Below are positions 20,568-30,178 of a DNA stretch of 64,000 bases, piece after piece (the first letter of the stretch is position 1; the number at the start of each line of letters is the position of its first letter). The stretch covers positions 1,902 through 65,901 of the forward strand of contig JAIRKR010000045.1 of the NCBI GenBank assembly GCA_031260015.1, in the 5' to 3' direction. The position numbers were made by a program, and so were the translations under genes. A model generated the notes under the pieces. It saw only the letters and a program-made list of their open reading frames with translations. It did not search any database and was not told the DNA's origin. Source of the DNA: Puniceicoccales bacterium. GTDB lineage: Bacteria; Verrucomicrobiota; Verrucomicrobiia; Opitutales; UBA9783.

Positions 20568-21590
20568 ATGTTAGCTGAATGTTTACCGTGTTGTTGTTAT
20601 CCAACAGAAGTTGTTTTTCTGGACGATAGTCAATCCTATCTTCAGATGTTAGAATTATTTTTTCAACAATCGAATTTACCCGTTTCTCCTAAACTGTTCT
20701 CCAACGCCCATGAAGCTTTGGATTACATCAATGCGAGCGATAAAATGGTCCATCGGCAAGCGCTGTTTGCACATTTGCTAAAACATGTGGACACGTTTCA
20801 AATCAATAATTACGCATTGACGGTGAATGTATTTGATTTGCATCGTGTAGCCTACAATCCCAATCGTTTATCTCAAATTTCCGTGATTGTTTCCGATTAT
20901 GATTTGGGAGATCAAGGCACAGGCATTGATTTTTGTAAGGCCATTGTGGATAAAAATATTCAAAAAATTCTTCTTACGGGGCAATCGGAACATGATTTTG
21001 TGATTAAAGCTTTCAACGAAGGCTTCATCCAACGATTTGTGCATAAGCAAGAAATCAATGATTTTGACGATATTGTGCAGATACTTACGAAAGCACAAAG
21101 AGCCTATTTTCAGCAGATCACAAAGACAATTATTGAAGCCGTAGGCAGTCGACCCCATTTCCCGCTTGCGGTTTATTGCCTGCAATTTCAAACGTTTTTT
21201 GAAAATTTATTAAAAAATTACGATATTGTAGAATATTATTTGCTGGATCCCGTAGGCAGTTACTTGTTATTGGACAAAGCGGGTGTTTCGAGGATTTTGT
21301 TCGTCCAAAACCAAGATCAACATCAGGCAAATTTATTGGACTTAAAGGACGAAATTGGGCAATCCATCTCCCAAGAAATGGAAGCCCCACTGCGTCGAGG
21401 CGAATACATCGTGTGCAATCCTACCTATTTGGATGGCGTAAAGAGAACGTTAGACGTGGTACATTCCATTTTCCCCGCAGTCACCATTAGAGACGATACC
21501 GAAGATGTTTCTTTCTACTGTGCGCTTGCCAATGACAACTGGCTATTGGATATTCAAAAGTACAAAATACCGCAATTACTTAGGCAATGA
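20568..21590 (+). CDS. Stand-alone receiver (REC) domain protein with an uncharacterised C-terminal domain
   Basis: VVFLDDS acidic pocket, IVSDYDL (candidate phospho-Asp about D110/D112), LLTGQS, RFVHK. No DNA-binding motif recognised. Starts 8 nt after ndk. Confidence 0.6.
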   Translation: MLAECLPCCCYPTEVVFLDDSQSYLQMLELFFQQSNLPVSPKLFSNAHEALDYINASDKMVHRQALFAHLLKHVDTFQINNYALTVNVFDLHRVAYNPNRLSQISVIVSDYDLGDQGTGIDFCKAIVDKNIQKILLTGQSEHDFVIKAFNEGFIQRFVHKQEINDFDDIVQILTKAQRAYFQQITKTIIEAVGSRPHFPLAVYCLQFQTFFENLLKNYDIVEYYLLDPVGSYLLLDKAGVSRILFVQNQDQHQANLLDLKDEIGQSISQEMEAPLRRGEYIVCNPTYLDGVKRTLDVVHSIFPAVTIRDDTEDVSFYCALANDNWLLDIQKYKIPQLLRQ

Positions 21591-22060
21591 ATTTAGTTAA
21601 GACTTTATTTGTATGTACCGGCAATACCTGCCGTAGTCCCTTTGCTGCAGTGGCTTTAACAGACTTTATAAAAAAACATTATCCGCAGCAGGAAGACTTT
21701 TTTTTAGTGAGATCGGAGGGAATTTACGCCCGTGAAGGCCGGCCGGCATCCACTTTGGCGTTCGAGGTTGCGCGAGAATATCATTTGGATTTGTCAATGC
21801 ACAGGTCTACGGTACTGACAACATCGTCCGTCCGCGCATTCCATGTAATTTTGACGATGACGCAGGAGCATTTAGACTGCTTAAAAGATCAATTTTCTGC
21901 ACCTTCAAAGAAAACATTTCTAATGAGCCAATGGCTGGATGGCAAAGAAATTCTTGATCCGTTTTCCGGCAATGCAGATACGTATACGCAGGTTTTTGAA
22001 CACATAATGCTTTGCATTCCTTCCATTGCCGAATACTTGTTGCGTTTGGCGAAGGCATGA
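21587..22060 (+). CDS. Low-molecular-weight protein-tyrosine phosphatase
   Basis: P-loop VCTGNTCRSP (C-x5-R-S) and a DP loop (ILDPF). The start overlaps the REC gene stop (ATGA at 21587-21590). Confidence 0.8.
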   Translation: MNLVKTLFVCTGNTCRSPFAAVALTDFIKKHYPQQEDFFLVRSEGIYAREGRPASTLAFEVAREYHLDLSMHRSTVLTTSSVRAFHVILTMTQEHLDCLKDQFSAPSKKTFLMSQWLDGKEILDPFSGNADTYTQVFEHIMLCIPSIAEYLLRLAKA

Positions 22061-22159
22061 ACGGTTTAAAAGAAAGTTGCCTAATTCAGTGGCTTTTGTG
22101 CGTCTTTAAAGTTTGATATTTGAAACATCCATAAAATAATTGCAATATAAGTAAGGGGG

Positions 22160-24307
22160 ATGGTTGATATGAATCAGGTAAATGATACAGGTAAATCGAA
22201 GGCAAATTTTGAGGCTCTAAATAAATATGCCAAAGACATAACACAACTCGCCAATGAAGGTAAAATGGATCCCGTTATTGGCAGAGATGAAGAGATTCGA
22301 AGAACCATTCAAGTATTGTCGAGGCGCACAAAAAATAATCCTATTTTAATTGGTGAGCCTGGTGTGGGCAAGACGGCTATCGCAGAAGGATTGGCTTGCC
22401 GGATCATTAACCGCGATGTTCCGGATTCCATTAAAGATAAAAAAGTTATGGCACTGGATATGGGGCTATTGATTGCTGGAGCCAAGTATCGAGGAGAATT
22501 TGAAGAGCGGCTAAAGGCTGTTTTAAAGGAGGTATCGGAACATAATGACGTCATTTTATTCATCGACGAAATTCATGCGCTTATGGGGGTTGGGCAGATG
22601 GAGGGTGCCATGGATGCCTCCAATATGCTTAAACCCGCTTTGGCAAGGGGAGAATTGCGTTGCATAGGTTCAACAACTTTGAACGAATATCGTCGGTATA
22701 TTGAAAAAGATTTTGCGTTTGCGAGGCGATTTCAGCCCGTATTTGTGAGTGAACCGAGCGTATTGGATTCAATTTCAATTTTGCGAGGACTCAAGGAAAA
22801 ATACGAATTGCACCATGGTGTCAGAATTAGTGATGCGGCCGTCATTGCCGCCTGTACTTACTCGCATCGATACATAAGCGATCGGTTTTTGCCGGATAAG
22901 GCCATTGATCTCATGGATGAAGCGGCCAGTAGATTGAAGATGACCATGGATTCGAAACCGGAAGAAATTGATGAGCTAGATCGTAAAATCATGCAGCTGA
23001 AGATTGAGCAGGAAGTCTTAAAAAAAGAGTCGGACAACGCGTCCAGAGAGAGGCTTGCAAAAATTCAGGCCGAGCTTGAGACTTTGGGCAAACAATCCAC
23101 CGAGCTGAATGCGCGATGGAATTTAGAGAAAAAGAGTATCGAGGAAATAAAGCGCATAAAAGGTCAAATTGAAGAAACTAAAAATAATGCTGAAATTGCC
23201 CAACGTAACGCCGATTTTTCAAAAGCGGGTGAAATGTTATACAGCAAACTTCCCGCATTGCAGAAACGATTACAGGAGCTTCAAAGGGACGAGCACTTAA
23301 CCCAGAAGCACCATGAGGTAACGGAGGATGACATCGCAACCGTGGTCTCTCGTTGGACGGGCATTCCCGTTGAAAAAATGCTTGTGGGGGAAAAAGAACG
23401 CTTGTTGACGATGGAATCTAAACTCAAGGAGTGCGTCGTTGGGCAAGATCAGGCCGTGAATACCGTAGCCGATTGTATTCGAAGATCAAGAGCTGGCATT
23501 GCGGATCCGCGCAGACCCATAGGTTCATTTTTATTTTTAGGTCCAACGGGTGTTGGAAAAACGGAATTATCGAAGGCACTGGCTCAATTTTTATTCGACG
23601 ACAAAAATAATATGATTCGAATCGATATGTCGGAATACATGGAAAAACATTCCATATCTCGATTAATTGGGGCCCCTCCGGGATATGTGGGATACGAGCA
23701 GGGAGGTGAATTGACGGAAGCGGTTAAAAGGCGTCCCTATTCCGTTGTGTTATTTGACGAGGTTGAGAAAGCGCACAACGATGTTTTCAACATTTTACTG
23801 CAAGTATTGGACGAAGGCCATTTAACGGATGGATTGGGACGTAATGTCAATTTTAAGAACACAATCATCATTTTAACATCCAATTTAGGTTCGGAATTTT
23901 TCCTCAACGCATCTTTATCCAAAACATCCATACATGCGGAAGTGATGAAAGTTGTGAGGGCCAGTTTTAGGCCCGAGCTGCTCAACCGACTGGATGAGAT
24001 ACTCATTTTTAACAACTTGTCCACGCAAGAGATGAGGGGTATTGTAGAAATTCAGCTGCAAGATCTTGCCGCAAGACTGGAAGAAAAAAAGGTTTCCATA
24101 AGTTTTGGAGATCCCCTCAAGGCGTGGTTATGCGAAATAGGTTACGATCCCGTTTACGGTGCGCGTCCTTTAAAAAGAGCCATTCAAAAACATGTTTGCG
24201 ATTTGATTGCGCGTAAGATCATTGCGGGAGACTTAACCGAGGGTACCCACGTAAAGATCGATTGTCGAAATGAGCAAGTAACTGCGGTATTACCTACACT
24301 CCAGTAA
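22160..24307 (+). CDS. clpB: ClpB disaggregase, naturally lacking the N-terminal domain
   Basis: 715 aa. Two AAA+ modules ([18 protein letters not shown]) and a long middle coiled coil. The first residues [48 protein letters not shown] align to the point just before NBD1. SD-like AAGGGGG lies upstream. Confidence 0.85.
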   Translation: MVDMNQVNDTGKSKANFEALNKYAKDITQLANEGKMDPVIGRDEEIRRTIQVLSRRTKNNPILIGEPGVGKTAIAEGLACRIINRDVPDSIKDKKVMALDMGLLIAGAKYRGEFEERLKAVLKEVSEHNDVILFIDEIHALMGVGQMEGAMDASNMLKPALARGELRCIGSTTLNEYRRYIEKDFAFARRFQPVFVSEPSVLDSISILRGLKEKYELHHGVRISDAAVIAACTYSHRYISDRFLPDKAIDLMDEAASRLKMTMDSKPEEIDELDRKIMQLKIEQEVLKKESDNASRERLAKIQAELETLGKQSTELNARWNLEKKSIEEIKRIKGQIEETKNNAEIAQRNADFSKAGEMLYSKLPALQKRLQELQRDEHLTQKHHEVTEDDIATVVSRWTGIPVEKMLVGEKERLLTMESKLKECVVGQDQAVNTVADCIRRSRAGIADPRRPIGSFLFLGPTGVGKTELSKALAQFLFDDKNNMIRIDMSEYMEKHSISRLIGAPPGYVGYEQGGELTEAVKRRPYSVVLFDEVEKAHNDVFNILLQVLDEGHLTDGLGRNVNFKNTIIILTSNLGSEFFLNASLSKTSIHAEVMKVVRASFRPELLNRLDEILIFNNLSTQEMRGIVEIQLQDLAARLEEKKVSISFGDPLKAWLCEIGYDPVYGARPLKRAIQKHVCDLIARKIIAGDLTEGTHVKIDCRNEQVTAVLPTLQ

Positions 24308-24344
24308 ACTTTAGTAGGAAACTGCCGGAGTTAAAGTACATACA

Positions 24345-25427
24345 TCAAGCGGGTTGCTCTTGTTCAACAGGTCTATCTGCTTTAGCCATTTCCATAACGA
24401 CTTCGTAGGGGGGTATCGTAACTTTTTCAAGTTGATGATCTTTGTTCTCTGGCTTCGCATTATGTTCTTCAATTCTTGCATTGTCGTCCATACAGGCTGC
24501 AAAAAATTCCAGAGCGTATCCGGCTTGCGCTGCCGAAGGCCTTGCACTCGGGTCAGGACTGACGCAGTCTCTGATGAGTCCGCAGAGAAATTTAAACTGA
24601 TCGTCTGAGTACACTTTTTCTGGGTCGAACAAGTTTTTATATTTGTCAGGGTTTGCCAGTATTTTTTCATAAAATCCTTGTCGATTAAAATCCTCCAGCG
24701 CACAATCGGGAGCATGTTGTTGTATTTTGGCATTAATGTATTGAATCATGTTGTTCGGCAATGGATAATATTCGTTCTCCAATCCATTGAGCAAGAAGTT
24801 CTTAATAGGTGCTTCCTGAAAAAAATTATCTACGAGCGTCACTCCAAGTGCATAAACATCCACTGCGCTGGAAACAGGAGAAGGAGGTTCCTGAAAACAT
24901 TCGAGAGCCATAAAATGGGGCGTTCCTGCAAATACTGATAAGCTTTCTTGGTCTGTTTTTCGACACGCCAACCCTTGATCAATTAATTTGGTCATCACGG
25001 TACCATCGGTATTTACATGTACCATCGTGTTCTCAGGTTTTATATCACGGTGAACGAGGCCAGCTTCGTGCGTAACGGCAATACTATTGGCAAGTTCTGC
25101 ACCTATTCTGGCATGGATTGTAATACCTTTGCTATCCTTTACAGGATTATCTTGCAAATATTTAAACATTTCCGATCCTTGAGCTCTTTCAAACACAAGA
25201 ACTTTTTGATCATCTACATCCAAAACACCTTTGTATTGGGTGACAAAATCTACGCCCTGCGCATAAAAGGCTTCTGAAGATTTTTGCATAGTTCCAACTC
25301 CGGACATCAGGATTTCATTGGCGTTTATTTCTAGTTCAATGAGGTCAACAGCATCAGTGTGCATTGCTTTAAAAATGTACTTTCCGTCTTCACTCCCATA
25401 AACTGCTCCGAAGTTACCTTGGCCCAA
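24345..25427 (-). CDS. Eukaryotic-like Ser/Thr protein kinase catalytic-domain ORF (5' region out of frame, see findings)
   Basis: G-loop LGQGNFGAVYG starts at the very first codons (TTG start in the track). Also YIFKAMH (Lys), HRDIKPEN, DQG in place of DFG, and GTPHFMALE. Confidence 0.7.
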   Translation of the reverse strand: MGQGNFGAVYGSEDGKYIFKAMHTDAVDLIELEINANEILMSGVGTMQKSSEAFYAQGVDFVTQYKGVLDVDDQKVLVFERAQGSEMFKYLQDNPVKDSKGITIHARIGAELANSIAVTHEAGLVHRDIKPENTMVHVNTDGTVMTKLIDQGLACRKTDQESLSVFAGTPHFMALECFQEPPSPVSSAVDVYALGVTLVDNFFQEAPIKNFLLNGLENEYYPLPNNMIQYINAKIQQHAPDCALEDFNRQGFYEKILANPDKYKNLFDPEKVYSDDQFKFLCGLIRDCVSPDPSARPSAAQAGYALEFFAACMDDNARIEEHNAKPENKDHQLEKVTIPPYEVVMEMAKADRPVEQEQPA

Positions 25428-25886
25428 TGGAGTATAGGATTGGCATTACTCCAAAGAGATTTTAAAGTATTACTATCTTCGATTGCTGTTCCGGATCCAC
25501 TTTGCCCCAACGAAGTAGAATTGCGGCTATCCCCAGAAGATTTTAAAGTATTAGCATCTTCGATTGCTGCTTTGAGTTCTTTGTAGATCGACAATGTGCT
25601 TTTGGGTAAATATTTTTCATATTTTGGATCAAGGGATAATTTATTGTCATTATCTGCACTGCTTATGAAACTTTTGATCTGCCCTAGAGCCACGTTGCGT
25701 TTCCCTAATGTAAAAACATTGGCTAAAAATGCATAATTTTGCCGCAATGTTAGTTGATAGTTTTTCACTTATTTCTGCAGTTCTGCCATCTAAAGTCGTA
25801 CCAACAGTACTGCTAGGTGAGCCTGCGTGTTCTACAGATGGAGTATTGATATGAGGATCATTTGAAATTGACATACTTGACAACAA
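25331..25886 (-). other. Upstream ORF fragments of the kinase locus in shifted frames (track ORFs 25331..25768 and 25650..25886)
   Basis: ORF 25650..25886 is in the same frame as the kinase ORF. ORF 25331..25768 is in another frame and bridges the two. Stops at 25769-25771, 25650-25652 and 25446-25448 delimit them. Confidence 0.5.
25457..25569 (-). repeat. Two 32-bp direct repeats 81 bp apart inside the kinase upstream ORF
   Basis: 25457-25488 and 25538-25569 (agattttaaagtatta[ct/gc]atcttcgattgctg), 30/32 identical. They encode AIEDANTLKS / AIEDSNTLKS. Confidence 0.85.
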
Positions 25887-25938
25887 AGCAAGTTAAATGC
25901 CAACTAAGCTCAACGCAAAAACTTCAAGGAAGTTTTAC

Positions 25939-27027
25939 TTATTTTAGATGACCATAAATGCCGCCACCCACAAGGCAGGTATTTCGGTAGAAAGCGACGG
26001 CTTGGCCAACGGCCAGTGCGCGTTGCGGTTGGTCGAAGTGTATTGCAGCACGCGATGCATCTAACCATTGCCAAGTAATGTTTTGGGATGCATCTCGATA
26101 GCGTGGTTTGGCCAGTAATCGTTCTCCATGCGCAGGTTTTTCTTCTAAAAAATTCAAAGAATGCACCTGGGCATCTTGTTGGTAAAGCCCTTGTGTATTT
26201 TCATGGTCAAATCCGATTACCAGACGATTGCATTCGTAATCTTTGGAAATCACCACGTAGTGTTCAAAATCTTTGTTGGATGGAAGACGGATTCCTTTTC
26301 TTTGCCCAATGGTAAAAAAGTGTAATCCCCGATGCGTGCCAAGAATATTCCCCTTGAGATCAACCACCTCTCCTGGCTTATGGGGCAAATATTTTTCGAG
26401 AAAATGATGAATGTTGGTTTTTTTACTGCCCAAAAAACATATGCCCTGACTATCTTTTCGTAAGGCATTGGGTAATCGGATAGCTCGTGCAATCGTACGA
26501 ACGGCCTCCTTGGTTCTGTAACCTAGAGGGAATAAGACGTTCTTCAGATTTTCTTTTTTTACCAAACATAAAAAATAGCTTTGGTCTTTGTTTTTGTCAG
26601 AACCTTCATGGAGAGAAAATACGCCTGCACGTACTTTTTTTTTACAATAATGGCCCGTTGCCATACCATCAAATCCATTCTTTTTCATATGCTCCACGAG
26701 AACCCCGAATTTAATATGACGGTTGCACATAATGTCCGGATTAGGAGTTTGTCCGGATCGATAGCCTTCAATGAGGTAATCAACCACCTGCCGTCGATAG
26801 CTTTCAATGAAATTAACAAGTTCAAAAGGAATGGCGAGATGATTGGCAACCGCCTGTGCGGACGCTAAATCTTCCTTCCACGGGCAGGCTTTCCAAAGTT
26901 CCGTTTCGTTCTGCCAAGATCGGAAAAATATTCCGTGCACATCGTACTTTTCTTTTTTCAATAAATATGCGGATACAGCGCTATCCACCCCCCCCGATAG
27001 GGCAACTAAAATTTTGCCCTTTGACAT
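25939..27027 (-). CDS. mnmA: tRNA 2-thiouridine(34) synthase
   Basis: 362 aa. PP-loop LSGGVDSAV, then the conserved GQTPNPDIMCN. Confidence 0.9.
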   Translation of the reverse strand: MSKGKILVALSGGVDSAVSAYLLKKEKYDVHGIFFRSWQNETELWKACPWKEDLASAQAVANHLAIPFELVNFIESYRRQVVDYLIEGYRSGQTPNPDIMCNRHIKFGVLVEHMKKNGFDGMATGHYCKKKVRAGVFSLHEGSDKNKDQSYFLCLVKKENLKNVLFPLGYRTKEAVRTIARAIRLPNALRKDSQGICFLGSKKTNIHHFLEKYLPHKPGEVVDLKGNILGTHRGLHFFTIGQRKGIRLPSNKDFEHYVVISKDYECNRLVIGFDHENTQGLYQQDAQVHSLNFLEEKPAHGERLLAKPRYRDASQNITWQWLDASRAAIHFDQPQRALAVGQAVAFYRNTCLVGGGIYGHLK

Positions 27028-27030
27028 CGT

Positions 27031-30000
27031 TTAGTCCACTTGTACCTTACAAAAACGATTCATTCCCAAATATACGACAGGCGTAATAAACAGCGTAAGA
27101 ATTTGGGCAAATATAAGTCCGCCCACTACACTAAGTCCCAGAGAAATGCGCGATGCGCCATCTGCCCCAAATCCGAGGGCAATGGGAAGAATTCCAAATA
27201 TGGTACTGACCGTTGTCATCAAAATGGGTCTGAAGCGTTCACAGCACGCTTCCATAATGGCCTCTTCGGAAGTTTTGCCAATGCGTTCTTTTTCAACCGC
27301 AAAGTCAATGAGAATGATGCCATTTTTCTTAATGATGCCCATGAGCATAAATAAACCAATGAATGTATACAAAGAAAAGTCGGTATTAAACATACGTACG
27401 GTCAACAAACCTCCGGCCAAAGCAACGGGTATCGTTGAAAGTACCGTTAATGGATGAATCCAATGTTCGTAAAGGCATCCCAATACAACATACATGACAA
27501 AAACGGCCAGCAGTAACGACCAACTCAAGCTGCGCGTAGACGATAAAAATTCTTTAGACTCACCGCCTAACTCTCCCTGTATATCCACCGATAAATATTT
27601 CTGGGCTATTTCCTCAACTTGTTTTACGGTTGTTCCGAGAGCGGCATTTCCTTTTAAATTAAAAAATATACTGGCGGACGGAAAATTATTTTTGTGAAAG
27701 ACACTTGTGGGACCTATTTTTTCTTGGACATTTATGAGCGTATCTATGGGAACGACTTTTCCGCTTGCATTGGGAATACTGAGCAAGGATAAATCTTCCG
27801 CTCCAGTTCTTTGCTGATCTTGTGCCGAAACTAAAACTTGATACTGTTCATAATCGCCCTTGATGAGGTAGGCATAGTTCATGGAATAAGCCTCTTTCAG
27901 CGTACTTTCCAAAGACAAAGGCGTTAATCCAAATTGGAACAAGCGGTTTCTATTGTAATTAATAAATAACTGCGGATTATTGAGTTCGACATTGGAATTG
28001 ATGGAACTCGGATCAATGCCTGGAATCTGATAAAAAGCTTCTTTCAAAACGTTTGCCATCGCGTAAACTTTTTGAGTATCCATACCCGTGAGCGTGTAAA
28101 CGTATTTACCTCGTTTGCTATCCGCAGAGCTGGTTTGAATGTTGAGAACCGGCATAGGTTTCATAAGAGGTAAAATACCAGGCACTTGAAACAACATACC
28201 TTGTAATTCTTGTGCAATGGCTGCAATGGATACATCCTTACTGCCTCGTGAGATACGTTCCTTGGGAGCCTTGAGCATTATAACCATCATCCCCTGATTC
28301 CCAGCCATAAAATCTCCAATACCACTGACATTGAGCGTGTATTCTACCGCAGGGTGCTTGGATAAAACTTCTCTTATTTTATGCTGGTATTGATGCATTT
28401 GCTGCGGTGAAGTTCCAGTTTGCGCCATGAACATACCCATAATGGCAGAACTATCACCGGTGGGCAGAAAAGTTTTGGGGATGGAGATAAATAAGCTGAT
28501 CATGATGACGATGCACATAGTCCAAGCCCACCAAGAAATCCAACGATGTTGAAAAAACCATTGCAAACGTTGACGATACCACCCGATAAAAGTATGCTCC
28601 AAAGAATTTGCAAAACGTTCCACGCACGTTTTTTCATCCAGATTGTGTTTTTTTAAGAAGCGGGCACACATAACCGGCGTAACCGTTAAGGATACGAGTC
28701 CAGATGCAAAAATTGCGACCACGATCGTGACGGAAAATTCTCTAAAAATTCTGCCCATTTGCCCATCCATAAAAATAATGGGCAAAAATGTGGCCATTAG
28801 CGAAAACGTCATGGACAAGATGGTGAAACTGATTTCGCGAGCCCCCTTAAAGGCTGCTTCCAAAGGCCCCATCCCCGCTTCCATATGCCGCACAACATTT
28901 TCCAAAAATACGATGGCATCATCTACTAAAAAACCGATTGCCAGGGTAAGGGCCATGAGAGACAAATTGTCCAAACTGTACCCCAATCCATGCATAACCG
29001 TGCATGTAAGCAGCAAGGATAACGGCATGGCAATGACCGGAATAAGCGTTTCGCGAGCACGTCCCAAAAACAAAAAAATGACAATTGAAACCAACAGAAA
29101 TGCAATAAAAATGGTCTCTTTAACCTCATTAATGGAATCAAGAATACTTTTCGATTTGTCGTAAATGGGAATTAATTTTACGGACGGCGGCAGAGATTTG
29201 TACAAGTCGGGAAGTATGGCTTTAATTCTCCGGGATACTTCGACGGTATTTGCACCGGGAGCTTGACTAACGGCGAGCATGATATTTGTATCAAAATTTT
29301 GAGCATCTTCCCCCCAGAAAGTTGCCAAAAAATCATCGTTTCCCAGAGCATCTTCACATTTTGAAATATCTTTTAAGTAAACCGGCCTTCCCTTTGTTTC
29401 TCTGACAACAATATTACCATAGTCTTTAGATTGATCCAGCTGACCATTGGATGCCAAAGTTAACGTACGGGTTACCCCTTTAAATTTCCCCATACTCAGT
29501 ATGAGAGAATTTTTCTGCACGGCATGCGTTATATCTTCAATCGATAAGCCCAAAACTTTTAATTTTCTTAAATCTAAGTGAATCCGGACGGCTTTAGGAA
29601 TTCCGTATACTTGAACTTGCGAAACGCCTTCTACTTTATTGATAAGTTGTGCAATTTTAGTTTTAGCGTAGTCGTATAAAGCGCCCGATGTAAGACTGTT
29701 ACTGATAAGTCCCAGAAAAAAAATGGGATCGCTATTGGGATCTTTCTTTCGATACGTAGGTGAAGAAGGTATATCATTGGGCAACTTACTACTTGCCCGT
29801 GTTATGGCGGCTTGCACATCCATTGCAGCCGCATCAATGGATTTATCCAAATTGAAATTAAGCGTTAGGGAAGTAAAACCAAGTCGGCTTTCCGATAATA
29901 CTTCGTTAAGTCCATCAATTTCCATAAATTCTTTTTCCAAGGGACTTGCAATTGCGTTGGCTACCATTTCTGCGTTCATACCTGGGAAACTCGCAGAAAC

Positions 30001-30141
30001 GTTGATGACGGGATAATCAACATTAGGGAGTGCACTCACGGGTAACTTTTGGTAACAAGCAATCCCCAGAAATGTTACGCTAAGCGTCAGCAATATCGTA
30101 GCAATTGGCCGACGAATAAATGGATCACAAATACTTTTCAT
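27031..30141 (-). CDS. RND efflux transporter permease (AcrB/HAE1-like)
   Basis: 1036 aa with 12-TM/two-large-loop architecture. FIRRPIATILL start, DDAIVFLENV motif. Confidence 0.9.
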   Translation of the reverse strand: MKSICDPFIRRPIATILLTLSVTFLGIACYQKLPVSALPNVDYPVINVSASFPGMNAEMVANAIASPLEKEFMEIDGLNEVLSESRLGFTSLTLNFNLDKSIDAAAMDVQAAITRASSKLPNDIPSSPTYRKKDPNSDPIFFLGLISNSLTSGALYDYAKTKIAQLINKVEGVSQVQVYGIPKAVRIHLDLRKLKVLGLSIEDITHAVQKNSLILSMGKFKGVTRTLTLASNGQLDQSKDYGNIVVRETKGRPVYLKDISKCEDALGNDDFLATFWGEDAQNFDTNIMLAVSQAPGANTVEVSRRIKAILPDLYKSLPPSVKLIPIYDKSKSILDSINEVKETIFIAFLLVSIVIFLFLGRARETLIPVIAMPLSLLLTCTVMHGLGYSLDNLSLMALTLAIGFLVDDAIVFLENVVRHMEAGMGPLEAAFKGAREISFTILSMTFSLMATFLPIIFMDGQMGRIFREFSVTIVVAIFASGLVSLTVTPVMCARFLKKHNLDEKTCVERFANSLEHTFIGWYRQRLQWFFQHRWISWWAWTMCIVIMISLFISIPKTFLPTGDSSAIMGMFMAQTGTSPQQMHQYQHKIREVLSKHPAVEYTLNVSGIGDFMAGNQGMMVIMLKAPKERISRGSKDVSIAAIAQELQGMLFQVPGILPLMKPMPVLNIQTSSADSKRGKYVYTLTGMDTQKVYAMANVLKEAFYQIPGIDPSSINSNVELNNPQLFINYNRNRLFQFGLTPLSLESTLKEAYSMNYAYLIKGDYEQYQVLVSAQDQQRTGAEDLSLLSIPNASGKVVPIDTLINVQEKIGPTSVFHKNNFPSASIFFNLKGNAALGTTVKQVEEIAQKYLSVDIQGELGGESKEFLSSTRSLSWSLLLAVFVMYVVLGCLYEHWIHPLTVLSTIPVALAGGLLTVRMFNTDFSLYTFIGLFMLMGIIKKNGIILIDFAVEKERIGKTSEEAIMEACCERFRPILMTTVSTIFGILPIALGFGADGASRISLGLSVVGGLIFAQILTLFITPVVYLGMNRFCKVQVD

Positions 30142-30178
30142 ACAAAAACTTTTTTACCCAATGACACATGCTGATTGT

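Noticed and set aside
28643-29164. 173-aa plus-strand ORF, and the many similar 60-120-aa ORFs antisense or out of frame within large genes (e.g. 3690..3953, 5795..6163, 10142..10387, 18464..18658, 33941..34309)
   Set aside because: They are fully embedded in strongly supported genes, have no motifs, and show biased composition typical of antisense frames.
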